Source: an uncultured Eubacteriales bacterium
GTDB lineage: Bacteria; Bacillota; Clostridia; Oscillospirales; Acutalibacteraceae
DNA length: 64,000 nt
Direction of reading: 5' to 3'
Assembly: GCA_964507395.1 (NCBI GenBank)
Contig: CAZDQE010000004.1
Location: 1,048-65,047 of the forward strand
Position 1 is the first letter of the stretch; each line of letters starts with the position of its first letter. Of the stretch, positions 26,002-36,626 are shown piece by piece. The notes beneath the pieces are model-generated. The model saw nothing but the letters and a program-made list of their open reading frames with translations. It was not told the DNA's origin and searched no databases. Made by a program: the position numbers and the translations under genes.

Positions 26002-26736
26002 TTAAATGAGTGGAAAAATTGAGCCTATATCTTCTACGATGCTGTCTGTCAATTCTATAAGTTCAATATCTTTCTTAAATAAAAACTTTTTGATTTTATC
26101 TCCGTCGGATAAATTTTCAGCACAGCCTGTAAGTAACATTTTGTTTTCTGAAATTTTCCCTGTTGCACCGCCGATGAATCCATAATTAAAATTTCGTAGT
26201 TTAATGTCACCTTTATTGATTATCAGTACATCAAATCCGAATTCAGCTCCTCTGTAGCCGATAGAAATATCATCAGTGATGAAAGTATCATCTGACACGG
26301 GCGCTATCGAACACTTGGTATACCCTTGTTTGACTGTAACTTCAATTAAATCAGATTTTTTTATAAAATCACGTATTTTCTGCGATACGGTCTTCGGATT
26401 ATAAAAAATGTGTTTTCCTATAACTACACAGTTCAAAAACACGTCATTCGGATAATCTGCCTGTAAATCTTCATCAATGAACTCAGTATTATATCCTAAT
26501 TTTATAAGTTCAGCACTTATGTCTGTCTGTTCCTTTGAAAGTAAAAATCTTTCTGTACTCAACGGACAGAATGTTAAATCGGCATGATTCTGAATCCCCT
26601 GACGAACATTTGTACTTTTTGTTGTAAAAATCGGCTCAATGCACAGTTTTTCTAATTTTCTGTAGATTTCATCGTTATAATCAGCACCGATAATAACTTT
26701 ATCTACCTGTTTTTTTGGTAAATTCGGATAAATCAT
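26002..26736 (-). CDS. Conserved hypothetical protein downstream of radA (244 aa)
   Basis: Uninterrupted ORF 6 nt downstream of radA. No motif that I can assign. Confidence 0.5.
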   Translation of the reverse strand: MIYPNLPKKQVDKVIIGADYNDEIYRKLEKLCIEPIFTTKSTNVRQGIQNHADLTFCPLSTERFLLSKEQTDISAELIKLGYNTEFIDEDLQADYPNDVFLNCVVIGKHIFYNPKTVSQKIRDFIKKSDLIEVTVKQGYTKCSIAPVSDDTFITDDISIGYRGAEFGFDVLIINKGDIKLRNFNYGFIGGATGKISENKMLLTGCAENLSDGDKIKKFLFKKDIELIELTDSIVEDIGSIFPLI

Positions 26737-26742
26737 TATAAA

Positions 26743-28110
26743 TCAACCAATCGCAACGGCAAAAGCCTGTCTGATATATTTTGCACCGAGGACTTCGATT
26801 CCCTCAATCTTGTTTTTGAGATTTCTCAGATTGTATTCGGGAATAATGCACCTTGTGAAACCAAGTCTTGCGGCCTCTCTGATTCTCTGTTCACAGTTGC
26901 TGACTGCTCTCAGTTCACCGCCAAGACCGATTTCGCCAAAAGCAATCAGACCGTCATCAACAGGAACCTCTTTCAGTGACGATACGAGTGCCATGGCTAC
27001 CGACAAATCTGTTGCAGGCTCATCAAGTCTGAGACCGCCGACAACATTGATGTAGCTATCCATGTTTCCGAAGAAATAGCCTCCCCTTTTTTCAAGCACT
27101 GCCATAATCATAGCCATTCTGTTATAATCAAAGCCTGTCGCCATTCGTCTCGGATTTCCGAAGCCTGATGGTGTCACAAGTGCCTGAACCTCAGCAAGAA
27201 TAGGTCTTGAGCCCTCCATAACACAAGCAATGCAACAACCTGATGTGTTTTTAGGTCTGCCTGAAATGAGCATCATCGAGGGGTTTTCAACCTCTTCGAG
27301 TCCCCTGTCCATCATCTCGAAAACACCGATTTCATTCGTTGAGCCGTATCTGTTTTTTACAGCTCTCAGAATTCTGTATGACAAGTTTCTGTCGCCCTCA
27401 AAATAGAGAACAGCATCAACAATATGTTCAAGAACTTTAGGTCCTGCGATGTTTCCGTCTTTGTTCACATGACCTACAACGAACATCGGAATATCGAGTG
27501 CTTTAGTTGTACGCATAAGTAAATTTGTACACTCTCTGACCTGTGAAACGCTACCCGGAGAAGACGAAATTTCATTGATATTCATAGTCTGAATTGAGTC
27601 TATAATTACAATTTCAGGCTTTTCCGAACGGATATATTCTGAAATTTTCTCAGCATCGGTTTCGCTCATTATGTAAAGGTTGTCCGTATCTACACCGAGC
27701 CTGTCTGCGCGGAGCTTAATCTGTCTTGCCGATTCTTCGCCCGAAACATATAAAATGTTGTGTTCTTCTCCCATATGACGGCAAATTTGCAATAAAATTG
27801 TTGATTTACCGATGCCGGGGTCACCACTGAGTAACACAAGCGAACCCTTTACAAGACCACCGCCGAGAACTCTGTCCAGCTCATTCATGCCTGTTTTATA
27901 TCTGACTTCATCAGCAAAAGATATCTCTTTGATGGGTACAGCTTTTGCTGCGCCTGCAACAGAAACTGTCTTTGAGGTTTTACTTGTTACAGTAGTTCTC
28001 ACGTCCTCCTGCATTGTGTTCCATTCTCCGCAGCCGGGACATGAACCGTACCATTTGGAGCTTTCATATCCGCAATCGCTGCAAACATATATTACTTTAG
28101 ATTTTGCCAC
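26743..28110 (-). CDS. radA: DNA repair protein RadA/Sms
   Basis: N-terminal zinc ribbon CSDCGYESSKWYGSCPGCGEW. Walker A GDPGIGKST. KNRYG motif. Lon-like C-terminal domain. Confidence 0.95.
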   Translation of the reverse strand: MAKSKVIYVCSDCGYESSKWYGSCPGCGEWNTMQEDVRTTVTSKTSKTVSVAGAAKAVPIKEISFADEVRYKTGMNELDRVLGGGLVKGSLVLLSGDPGIGKSTILLQICRHMGEEHNILYVSGEESARQIKLRADRLGVDTDNLYIMSETDAEKISEYIRSEKPEIVIIDSIQTMNINEISSSPGSVSQVRECTNLLMRTTKALDIPMFVVGHVNKDGNIAGPKVLEHIVDAVLYFEGDRNLSYRILRAVKNRYGSTNEIGVFEMMDRGLEEVENPSMMLISGRPKNTSGCCIACVMEGSRPILAEVQALVTPSGFGNPRRMATGFDYNRMAMIMAVLEKRGGYFFGNMDSYINVVGGLRLDEPATDLSVAMALVSSLKEVPVDDGLIAFGEIGLGGELRAVSNCEQRIREAARLGFTRCIIPEYNLRNLKNKIEGIEVLGAKYIRQAFAVAIG

Positions 28111-28127
28111 TTATCGGCACCTCCGAA

Positions 28128-28847
28128 TCAGATTGAAGAATAATAGTCAAGAATTCCGCTGAAAATACAGAATGCAACCTGCTTCTGGTATTCAGAATTT
28201 TTAAGATTTTCAAGCTCTTCCGAATTAGAAACAAAACCGCACTCGCAAAGAACAGCAGTTGTTTTTGCATGATAAATCAGAAAAACATCTGTTGTACACT
28301 TCTTTATTTCACGTTCATTTTCCTTTTGCAAACGTGACGAAAATGATTCCTGAAGACATCTTGCAAGGTCCACGCTTGATGAAACGTTTGGTGAATAAAA
28401 GAGCTGAGCACCTTTATATTGCGGGTCAGAATACGTATTCTGATGAATACTGACGAAAATATATTCTGGATTGTTTTCCATAATTTCAAACCTGTTATGT
28501 ATGTCACTCGCCTTTTTAGCTCTTATCGTAGTTGCCGAGTCATCGTGAATCGAAATATCTGAATCACGTATCATTATTGTTTCTGCCCCGGACATTTTCA
28601 GCATCTCATTAAGAATCTGAGCAATTTTCAGATTCAGGTCTTTTTCAAGCGTTCCGTCCCCTGCTACTGCACCGCCGTCAACACCGCCATGTCCTGCATC
28701 TATGATAACTTTGATTTTTTCTGTGTTATCAGGCGCTGATGATGTTTGTATGTACTTTGAACTCTCAGAAATCTGCAATACACCAAGTACGAAAAAAAGT
28801 GCAAGAACAATTGAAACTGAATACATAATTTTCTTTTTACTTATCAT
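28128..28847 (-). CDS. cwlD: N-acetylmuramoyl-L-alanine amidase (Amidase_3), CwlD-like germination-specific type
   Basis: Single N-terminal TM, IIDAGHGGVDGGA, and a size (~240 aa) typical of CwlD. Start set to the ATG at 28847 behind a GAGGTG RBS. Confidence 0.6.
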   Translation of the reverse strand: MISKKKIMYSVSIVLALFFVLGVLQISESSKYIQTSSAPDNTEKIKVIIDAGHGGVDGGAVAGDGTLEKDLNLKIAQILNEMLKMSGAETIMIRDSDISIHDDSATTIRAKKASDIHNRFEIMENNPEYIFVSIHQNTYSDPQYKGAQLFYSPNVSSSVDLARCLQESFSSRLQKENEREIKKCTTDVFLIYHAKTTAVLCECGFVSNSEELENLKNSEYQKQVAFCIFSGILDYYSSI

Positions 28848-28895
28848 GGCACACACCTCATAAAATTTTATGCGGTGTTATGAAAAATATGTAAT

Positions 28896-29318
28896 TTATC
28901 CGTTTTCAGCCTTTCTCCTTGCAAGGTAATCCTGCAGAATTGTAACAGCGGCTACTGCATCAATAACCTGTCTTGTTTTTCTGCCGTGAAAATCTACCTC
29001 GTTCAGTGCTCTGTACGCAGAAACTGTTGTGAGCCTTTCATCCCACATGTCTACTCCAAGCCCCGTAGCTTCCCGTAATTCCGCAGCAAGCTCTGTGCAT
29101 TTTTCACACCTTTCGCCACAGGTTCCGTCCATGTTTTTCGGAAGTCCGACTACCAACATTTCAGGTTTTCTTTCCTCAATTATTTCAACTAATTTTTTAA
29201 TAAGATTAGGTCTGTACCGCTCAGTAATTACCGTTACGGGACTTGCTAAAATTTCCTTTTTATCACAGATGGCGACACCTGTTCTGGTATCGCCATAGTC
29301 AATTGACATTATAATCAT
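28896..29318 (-). CDS. ruvX: Holliday junction resolvase-like nuclease RuvX/YqgF
   Basis: MSIDYGDTRTGVAI, GLPKNMDGT, DERLTT motifs. The upstream extension of the ORF overlaps the PBP gene and was discarded. Confidence 0.85.
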   Translation of the reverse strand: MIIMSIDYGDTRTGVAICDKKEILASPVTVITERYRPNLIKKLVEIIEERKPEMLVVGLPKNMDGTCGERCEKCTELAAELREATGLGVDMWDERLTTVSAYRALNEVDFHGRKTRQVIDAVAAVTILQDYLARRKAENG

Positions 29319-29322
29319 ATAA

Positions 29323-31635
29323 TCACCCCAGAATATCCGAAGGTTGTGTAACAAGATCAACAGAGCTTTCAGTGGGAGAGTCAATAACTACTGACTCATC
29401 TGTTCCGCCGATGACAGGAAGTGTTGTTGTTTCAACTGTTTCACCTTCTGCCGTTTCGCCCTCGCCGGATGAACTGCTGCTTGTACCTGACCAGCCGCCG
29501 TTTCCGCCGATGACACCGTTTTTGCCGGAGTGGTCACCCGTGCAAACTGTTGTATAACTGCTTGTGAAGTACCCTTTAGCTGTTGAGTAGCACGAGCTTC
29601 CTGCGAGTTGACCTGAGTATGTGCAATATTTAACTTCTTCAGCATTACTGTCCGGATACTCAAAGTCTTTTACCTCAAGGTCTTCATGTATCTCATTATA
29701 TACATATTTGAAAATCTGAGCCGCAGGGTTGCTTGCAGATGAACTGATTGCCCTGTTTATGTCATATCCGTACCAGACTGCAGAAACATAGTAAGGAGTA
29801 CCTGCTGCAAACCAACGGTCATAGTTGTTAGTTGTGGTACCTGTTTTCGCAAAAGTCTGGAAACCGTCCACGCCGTAACCGCTACCTGTACCCTCGGTAA
29901 TAACAGTCTGAAGCATCCTGTTCATGACCTCAGCAGTATCAGCAGAAATCACCTGTTCACCTTCGGGATTTGTGTTATCAAAGTAAACGATCGAACCGTC
30001 ACTGTTGGTAACCTTGAAATATGGATAAGGCTTGTAATACTTACCGCCGCTGCCGTAAATTGCAAATGCCGCCGTCATTTCAAGAGAAGTCAGACCTTTG
30101 TTCATACCGCCTACGCAAAGGGGTGAATAGTCAGCATCGTCCACTCCATCAACCATTGTTGTGAAATGCAGCTTGTCTTTCATAAACTCGTAAGCTTTGG
30201 AAAGAGAAACGTATTCAAGGATTCTGTAAGGCACTGTATTAAGCGATTTTTTCAAAGCATATTGAGTGGTAACATAAGAGCCTGAACCTGTTGAACCGCC
30301 ATAGTTTGTAGGCCAGAGCTTACCCTCACGCTTCGTACCGGAATAGTCAAGAATACGCGTGCCCCATGTAATCTGATTGGAATCAATAGCGTAGGTGTAA
30401 ACGCTTAAAGGCTTGATTGCCGAACCGGGCTGTCTGGGTGACTGCTCAGCTCTGTTAAGAGAACGGTCTTCCGTTTTCTTGTCAGCACCGCCGATAATTG
30501 CAACTACCCTGCCCTTATAATCCATAATAGTCATGGCACTTTGCACTTTTTCTCCGCCTGTGTTGTAAATAGACGGGAAACCTTCTCTGTTTTCATAAAT
30601 AGTTTCAAGAGTGTCCTGAATTTCAGTGTTTTCGGCAGAATAGATTCTCAGACCGCCGTAATAAACCTTTTTCCATGCCTGTATATATGACAAATCATAA
30701 TCTGTCTGGAAATCCTCAATAAGCTGATTGATAATATAGTCAACATAATAGCTCTGAATTTCATCAGTTTCTTCTTGCTCGTTTGTATCCTCGATCTGAC
30801 TTACAAAATTAGGGTCATCAGAAAGCACAAGCTCATAATTAACAGCTTCATTATATTCATCTTCCGTAATATACCCTTCGGAAAGCATCAGACCAAGACA
30901 ATGCTCTCGCCTTTCGGCATTGTTCTCAGGATTAATAAGCGGGTCGTAGGTTGTCGGTTCTTTTGTTATACATGCAAGTGTCGCACACTCCGCCAGATTG
31001 AGATCCTCAACCTCTTTGCCGAAATATACCTCGGCTGCCGTCTTTATTCCGTAGCATCCCTGACTGAGATATAGAGTATTAAGATATGTCTCAAGGATTT
31101 CATCTTTTTCATAATTCTTTTCAAGATTCAGTGCCGTGAGAATTTCTTTGAACTTACGTACATATGTTACGTCTTTTTCATCTGTTAAATTCTTAATCAA
31201 CTGCTGCGTAATGGTCGAGCCGCCCTGACCTGAGTTACTGGGTTTAATCATAACACCGATAGTTCTTATCCAGTCAACACCGTTATGCTTTTCAAAACGC
31301 TTGTCCTCCAGCGCAATAATCGCATTCTTCATGTTTTCGGGAATATCCTCAAAATTTACCCATATTCTGTTTGTTTCACCATGAAGTCTTGTGTACTCAG
31401 TGTAGTCGGAGCTCTCAGTTTCTTTCCTGTAAATAATTGACGTCTGTACCTGGTCAGCCTTATATTTATCAAGGTCAAAAGGTTCTCCGTTGACGTAAGA
31501 CACTGACTTAATGAGAACATAGCCGCCTACAACCAGAACACACAGAAGAAACACAAGCAAAAAGCTTTTTAATATAATTCCTCCCGTTGAAGCAGAAGAC
31601 GGTGATTTTTTACGTTTTTTTCCTGCTGATGCCAT
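29323..31635 (-). CDS. Class A penicillin-binding protein (glycosyltransferase GT51 + transpeptidase)
   Basis: GT51 motifs ALEDKRFEKHNGVD and GGSTITQQL. Transpeptidase SAIKP (SxxK) and KTGTT. N-terminal TM. An AGGAGG RBS supports the ATG at 31635. Confidence 0.9.
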   Translation of the reverse strand: MASAGKKRKKSPSSASTGGIILKSFLLVFLLCVLVVGGYVLIKSVSYVNGEPFDLDKYKADQVQTSIIYRKETESSDYTEYTRLHGETNRIWVNFEDIPENMKNAIIALEDKRFEKHNGVDWIRTIGVMIKPSNSGQGGSTITQQLIKNLTDEKDVTYVRKFKEILTALNLEKNYEKDEILETYLNTLYLSQGCYGIKTAAEVYFGKEVEDLNLAECATLACITKEPTTYDPLINPENNAERREHCLGLMLSEGYITEDEYNEAVNYELVLSDDPNFVSQIEDTNEQEETDEIQSYYVDYIINQLIEDFQTDYDLSYIQAWKKVYYGGLRIYSAENTEIQDTLETIYENREGFPSIYNTGGEKVQSAMTIMDYKGRVVAIIGGADKKTEDRSLNRAEQSPRQPGSAIKPLSVYTYAIDSNQITWGTRILDYSGTKREGKLWPTNYGGSTGSGSYVTTQYALKKSLNTVPYRILEYVSLSKAYEFMKDKLHFTTMVDGVDDADYSPLCVGGMNKGLTSLEMTAAFAIYGSGGKYYKPYPYFKVTNSDGSIVYFDNTNPEGEQVISADTAEVMNRMLQTVITEGTGSGYGVDGFQTFAKTGTTTNNYDRWFAAGTPYYVSAVWYGYDINRAISSSASNPAAQIFKYVYNEIHEDLEVKDFEYPDSNAEEVKYCTYSGQLAGSSCYSTAKGYFTSSYTTVCTGDHSGKNGVIGGNGGWSGTSSSSSGEGETAEGETVETTTLPVIGGTDESVVIDSPTESSVDLVTQPSDILG

Positions 31636-31830
31636 TATATAATCTCCTCCTGACATAAGAAAAGATAATTAGTTAAAATTACAGATATATGTATTATATC
31701 ACATAATTGTCAATTTGTTTAGTGTTTTTTAAAAAAATAACAAAATTGTAACATATTTACATTTTTTTGAATAAAACTACCCCTTAAGTCAAGGATAAAT
31801 AAAGAAATAAAATAAAAGAAAGGCAAAAAT

Positions 31831-32160
31831 ATGAAATACAAGTTTGTTGCAATTTTTATGTTTACAGCAGTTTTTTCAATAACCTATCTCTCAATTGACC
31901 TTGTAAACAACAACATTTTTGAGTCTCTTGAAGAAAATACATCTGTTTCAGAGAACAATATCGAAAACGAATACAGATATCGTGTCTCAGTCTTCAACGG
32001 AAAACTCGCTGTATTTGACAGAGATTCAAAACTACCCTATAAAGTTTACGACACTTATATCAGCTCGCTGCCTGAAGAAGACAGAAAAATTATTGAGGAA
32101 GGAATCTTTACAAACTCATCATCAGAGCTCATGAAAATAATTGAAGACTATACAAGCTGA
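31831..32160 (+). CDS. Small membrane-anchored hypothetical protein (109 aa), BofC-C-terminal-like pattern
   Basis: N-terminal TM. The pattern G.LAVFD.......Y.....SLPEEDRK.IEEGI......EL..IIEDY is seen in BofC/YpeB-type small domains. Tentative. Confidence 0.4.
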   Translation: MKYKFVAIFMFTAVFSITYLSIDLVNNNIFESLEENTSVSENNIENEYRYRVSVFNGKLAVFDRDSKLPYKVYDTYISSLPEEDRKIIEEGIFTNSSSELMKIIEDYTS

Positions 32161-32229
32161 TAAATTTATTGACAAACCTCTGAAAAAATATATAATTAAG
32201 ATGTATATTTATTTTATGAGGTGAACTCC

Positions 32230-33375
32230 ATGGTTACAAGAAAATTATATAAAAAGACCAATAGCGAAATTTCCCTTTTAGGCTTCGGCTGCATGAGATT
32301 TCCGGTGCTTGATTCAGATGACAGCAAAATTGATTATGATGCATCTCTTGAAATGATTGATTATGCTTATAAAAACGGAGTAAATTATTTTGATACTGCT
32401 TACGGTTACCACGGCGGTGAAAGCGAAAAGTTTGTGGGTGTCGCCCTCAAGAGATATCCACGGAATTCCTTTTATCTTGCATCAAAAATGCCACCTTGGT
32501 TTGTGAAGGAAAAAGCAGATCTTGAAAGAATTTTCAACGAGCAGCTTGAAAGATGTCAGGTTGAATATTTTGATTTTTATCTTGAGCACAGCCTTAATGA
32601 CGAAAATTACGACAAACTCGAAAGCTTTGATACGTATGATTTTCTTACGGAAAAGAAAAAAGAAGGAAAAATCAGAAACCTCGGCTTCTCCTTCCACGGC
32701 TCATTAGAATGTCTTGAAAGAATCACATCTGACCACGAATGGGATTTTGTGCAGCTTCAGTATAACTATCTCGATGCCGTAAATGCCGATACCCTTAAGG
32801 AATATGAAATTATAAAAAAATACGATCTTCCCCTTATTGTTATGGAGCCTGTAAGGGGCGGTGCTCTTGCTAATCTCTGCGATGAGGCTAACGCTCTTCT
32901 TAAGGAAGCAAGACCTGATAAAAGCATTGCATCGTGGGCAATCAGATATGCAGCAAGCAACGACAGTATTCTTACTGTTCTCAGCGGTATGTCTGACGAA
33001 AATCAAGTCAGAGATAATATCGAAACGATGACGGATTTTGAAAAAATCTCAGACGATGAGCAGAAAGCACTTGATAAGGCTGTGGGAATTTTCAAAGAAT
33101 ATTTTACTGTTCCCTGCACTAAATGCAGATATTGTACAAAAGATTGCCCTCAGAGCATTGATATTCCCGAATTGCTTGCTCTCTGGGGCAGATACAGACT
33201 TGAAAAACGCGACTCAGACTACATTGAAAGATATCACAGAGTACCCGAAGAAGCGCGAAGTGCAAACTGCATTGGTTGCCACCTTTGTGAAAGCTTTTGT
33301 CCGCAGGGAATTAAGATTGTTGATATCATGGATAATTTGAAAGCACTGAACACAAAACTCGGTGTAAAAGATTAA
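32230..33375 (+). CDS. Aldo/keto reductase with C-terminal 2x[4Fe-4S] ferredoxin-type Cys motifs
   Basis: GFGCMRF, DTAYGYHGGESE, and Cys clusters CTKCRYCTKDCP and CIGCHLCESFCP. TTGACA-16-TATAAT promoter at about 32170-32198. Confidence 0.8.
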   Translation: MVTRKLYKKTNSEISLLGFGCMRFPVLDSDDSKIDYDASLEMIDYAYKNGVNYFDTAYGYHGGESEKFVGVALKRYPRNSFYLASKMPPWFVKEKADLERIFNEQLERCQVEYFDFYLEHSLNDENYDKLESFDTYDFLTEKKKEGKIRNLGFSFHGSLECLERITSDHEWDFVQLQYNYLDAVNADTLKEYEIIKKYDLPLIVMEPVRGGALANLCDEANALLKEARPDKSIASWAIRYAASNDSILTVLSGMSDENQVRDNIETMTDFEKISDDEQKALDKAVGIFKEYFTVPCTKCRYCTKDCPQSIDIPELLALWGRYRLEKRDSDYIERYHRVPEEARSANCIGCHLCESFCPQGIKIVDIMDNLKALNTKLGVKD

Positions 33376-33390
33376 TTTGAGGTTTTAACT

Positions 33391-35547
33391 ATGACGCATA
33401 CTCTCGGAAATGCAAGAACAATCTGGCTTGACAGTTCAAAGCATACTGACTCATGGCATGGCTATGAATCAATATTTATGATGCACGGTGACTATTGTCT
33501 GCGTGTTGCGGATTTCAAAAAAATAATCAATATAAGTAAAGATGTTAAGGAAGCGTACATAACGATTTTCGGTGACTGCAAATACAGACTCTCTGTAAAC
33601 TCTCAGGTTATCGGTATGGGTCCTGTATGTGCAGGCGGCGATTTCAGTAATCATCACTCTTTGCCCAAAAGTTATTACACAACTTTTCCCATAAACCTGA
33701 TCATAGGCGAAAATGAAATCATTGCTGAAGTGCAGACTCTCCCTGAAGTTATGACAGACACATCAAAGGGTAAACCTTGCTTAATAGCAAACATCGAAAT
33801 AATCTATACTGATTTGACAGAAGAAAGTATTATCACTGACGAAACATGGCTTTGCAGATATACAGAAAAATACAGAACAGCACAGCATTATACATGCAAA
33901 TACGATGACACACCATGGGAAAATGCTTCAATTACAGAAAACATCTGGGATCTGCATCCATCTCCAATTAAACCGCTTAAGGAAGAATATATTACTCCTG
34001 TGAAAATTGTAGTACCCGATGAATTCAGAGAAAGAGTTTGTGTAAAGGATAATTCCTTTACAGTAAAATACGGCTCCCCTGTTACGGTTGATTGTGTTTT
34101 TGATAAAATATATGCAGCATATCCAACTGTAAAGTTTTCTTCTTGTCATAATGTTAGCGCCGATATTGATTGTCAGGAGTTTCTCGGACAGATATGCCAC
34201 AATTCAAAAACACGAATTCGCATACAAGAGATCTATGACCTTGATTTCAGAGGCATGAGACTGCAAAGCATCGGTGTTATCAGAATAGGAATAGTTTTCA
34301 CTAAAAAACAGGATGCAGTAATAGAAAACGTAGGGCTTGTTTCAACTCATTACAGCGAGCCTGATAACGGTACTTTTGTCACAAGTGATAATGATTTGAA
34401 CAAGGTTTTTGACCTCTGTAAACACACTCTCGGAATCTGCAGACAATCCCTGCATCTTGACAGTCCGTATCATCAGGAAAATCTTGCATGTACCGGAGAT
34501 TACTACATTGAAAGCCTTATGGCGTATTTCTGTTTTGGTGACACAAAGCTTACTCGTTTTGATATAGTAAGAACTATAGATTTTCTCGAAATGAATGACT
34601 ATTATATGTTTCATACAACATACAGCCTTATTCTTGTCAGAATGATTTATGATTATTACATGTTCAGCGGTGATAGGTCTATTCTTGAGTATTCTGTAAA
34701 AACTCTGCACGGACTCATGGAACGATTTGATTCTTACACAGCAGACGACGGCATTGTTACAAATCCGCCTAACTATATGTTTGTTGACCATGTAGTATAT
34801 GACGGATATTCAATGCATCATCCGCCGAGAGCACTGGGCGAAACAGTTCTGAACGCTTTTTATTATGATGCACTTTGCAATATCCAAAAGATATGTTCTG
34901 TTTTGAATGACGAGAAAATTTCTGTCTATAATACCCGTGCCGAAATACTTAAGGCCGCTTTTAACAAAACCTTCTACGACAAAGAAAACGGCTTGTATTT
35001 TGACGGCAGAAATTTCGATGACGAAGAAATCCAATGGCGCCCTTGTGAAAAAATCAAGCGTTATTACAGTGTTCATTCAAACACCCTTGCAGTTCTTTAC
35101 GGTCTGTGCGAAAAATCAGAGTCAGAAAAAATTCTGAGAAAAGTTATTAATGATAAGACACTTATACAGGCAAATCCGTATTTTTATCACTTTATTCTTG
35201 ATGCCGTATATGACACGGGACTTTTCGATGAATTCGGTATAGAAATTCTCAGAAAATGGACAGACCTTGTAAAAGAATGTGACAAAGGTCTGAAAGAGGT
35301 CTGGGATGGTTTTGATTGCGATTACAGTCACGCTTGGGGCGGAACACCTGCATATCAGATGCCTGCAAGATTTTCAGGTATTCGTATTTTAGAGCCGGGC
35401 ATGAAGAAAATCAGTCTTAAGCCCTCGTCATTCGGACTTGATTTTGCGGAGATTTCTATACCCTCCCCATACGGAAAAATCAATTTAAAAGTACAGAAAG
35501 ACGGAAAAACTCAGATTTCTGTCCCCGAAAAAATTACAGTTGTGTAA
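33391..35547 (+). CDS. Putative six-hairpin glycosidase, alpha-L-rhamnosidase (GH78)-like
   Basis: Size and C-terminal (alpha/alpha)6-type region with E.WDGFDCDYSHAWGGTPAYQ resemble GH78 catalytic domains. Tentative. Confidence 0.45.
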   Translation: MTHTLGNARTIWLDSSKHTDSWHGYESIFMMHGDYCLRVADFKKIINISKDVKEAYITIFGDCKYRLSVNSQVIGMGPVCAGGDFSNHHSLPKSYYTTFPINLIIGENEIIAEVQTLPEVMTDTSKGKPCLIANIEIIYTDLTEESIITDETWLCRYTEKYRTAQHYTCKYDDTPWENASITENIWDLHPSPIKPLKEEYITPVKIVVPDEFRERVCVKDNSFTVKYGSPVTVDCVFDKIYAAYPTVKFSSCHNVSADIDCQEFLGQICHNSKTRIRIQEIYDLDFRGMRLQSIGVIRIGIVFTKKQDAVIENVGLVSTHYSEPDNGTFVTSDNDLNKVFDLCKHTLGICRQSLHLDSPYHQENLACTGDYYIESLMAYFCFGDTKLTRFDIVRTIDFLEMNDYYMFHTTYSLILVRMIYDYYMFSGDRSILEYSVKTLHGLMERFDSYTADDGIVTNPPNYMFVDHVVYDGYSMHHPPRALGETVLNAFYYDALCNIQKICSVLNDEKISVYNTRAEILKAAFNKTFYDKENGLYFDGRNFDDEEIQWRPCEKIKRYYSVHSNTLAVLYGLCEKSESEKILRKVINDKTLIQANPYFYHFILDAVYDTGLFDEFGIEILRKWTDLVKECDKGLKEVWDGFDCDYSHAWGGTPAYQMPARFSGIRILEPGMKKISLKPSSFGLDFAEISIPSPYGKINLKVQKDGKTQISVPEKITVV

Positions 35548-35655
35548 CAATCGACATTATATCGTAAAAATTCCTTTTTTCTTCTTGACTACTTTAAAAT
35601 ATCATTGTATAATCTTAGTGTATTTACTTATACTTTTAAGTGAGGTTATGTATCT

Positions 35656-36555
35656 ATGGCTAATAGAAATGACTACAATTATTATAAAAACGAATATGGG
35701 AAGTACAAGGCAAACTATTATTCACCCGGTAGCGAGGAATATAAAAAAAGGCAGAGCGGTTCAAGAAAACAGAAGGCTGCAAGATTCTTTCGTGCTTTTA
35801 TTGTTTTTATTGTAATCGCAGCAGTTGTAGTAGGTCTTATTTTCGGTATTATTAAGCTTTCCGGCATAATTCATGACAGAATCAATACCAACGAAGAAAC
35901 GACAACAAGCTCAACTGAAACCACAACTGAGAAAACAACCGAGAAAACTGATTCCAAATACAAAAAAGGTACTGAATGTGTTGTAAAAACAGAAGAAGGT
36001 ACCGGTGTAAATCTCAGAAACAAGCCAACTTATGACGTTGCCGGCTATCAGCTTATCGCAGACGGTGAAAAAGTTGTTATCGCAGAAATCAGTGAAGATG
36101 GTGAATGGTGCAAAACTTCGAACTTTGATAAGAACGGTTGGCTTAACATCAAATATCTTCAGATAGTTGAAAAAGAAGAAAGCACAACAAAAAAGACTGA
36201 AGAAACAACAACAGAAAAAGTGACTGAAAAAGAAACAACTACAAAGAAGCCTGAGAGTACAACTGAGAGTAAAACAGTTACTGACGGAAGCATCACATCC
36301 TATGCAGATGCAGTTGAAGCTTTCAAGGGTAAAGAAAGCGGAACTGTTATGAACTGTAAGATTTCAGGCAGCAGTAATGTCTTTGCAACCTCACGTCCTG
36401 ACTCTTCGTCTGTAAAAATTCTTCTTCTTGTTCCCGGTGAACAGATACAGGTTGTTGCAGTTGAAGGCGACTACAGTAAAATCGTCAAGAAAGGTTACGA
36501 GAGCTCGATTACATGGGTTCCCAACGATTGTCTCACTTTTGTAAGCTGGGGTTAA
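35656..36555 (+). CDS. Membrane-anchored protein with two SH3b-like domains separated by Thr/Glu/Lys-rich linkers
   Basis: TM segment FIVFIVIAAVVVGLIFGII. Low-complexity TTEKTTEKT / TTKKTEETTTEK linkers. SH3_3-like G.GVNLR..P......I..GE.V.... Confidence 0.6.
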   Translation: MANRNDYNYYKNEYGKYKANYYSPGSEEYKKRQSGSRKQKAARFFRAFIVFIVIAAVVVGLIFGIIKLSGIIHDRINTNEETTTSSTETTTEKTTEKTDSKYKKGTECVVKTEEGTGVNLRNKPTYDVAGYQLIADGEKVVIAEISEDGEWCKTSNFDKNGWLNIKYLQIVEKEESTTKKTEETTTEKVTEKETTTKKPESTTESKTVTDGSITSYADAVEAFKGKESGTVMNCKISGSSNVFATSRPDSSSVKILLLVPGEQIQVVAVEGDYSKIVKKGYESSITWVPNDCLTFVSWG

Positions 36556-36570
36556 TTTAAAAGTTTTAAC

Positions 36571-36599
36571 AAGGTGCCTTTCTAAGGCACTTTGTTTTT
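36571..36599 (+). terminator. Intrinsic terminator between the SH3 protein gene and metG
   Basis: Stem GTGCCTT / AAGGCAC, loop TCT, then TTTGTTTTT. Confidence 0.6.
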
Positions 36600-36626
36600 A
36601 GCATTAATTAAGGAAAGGAAATTTTT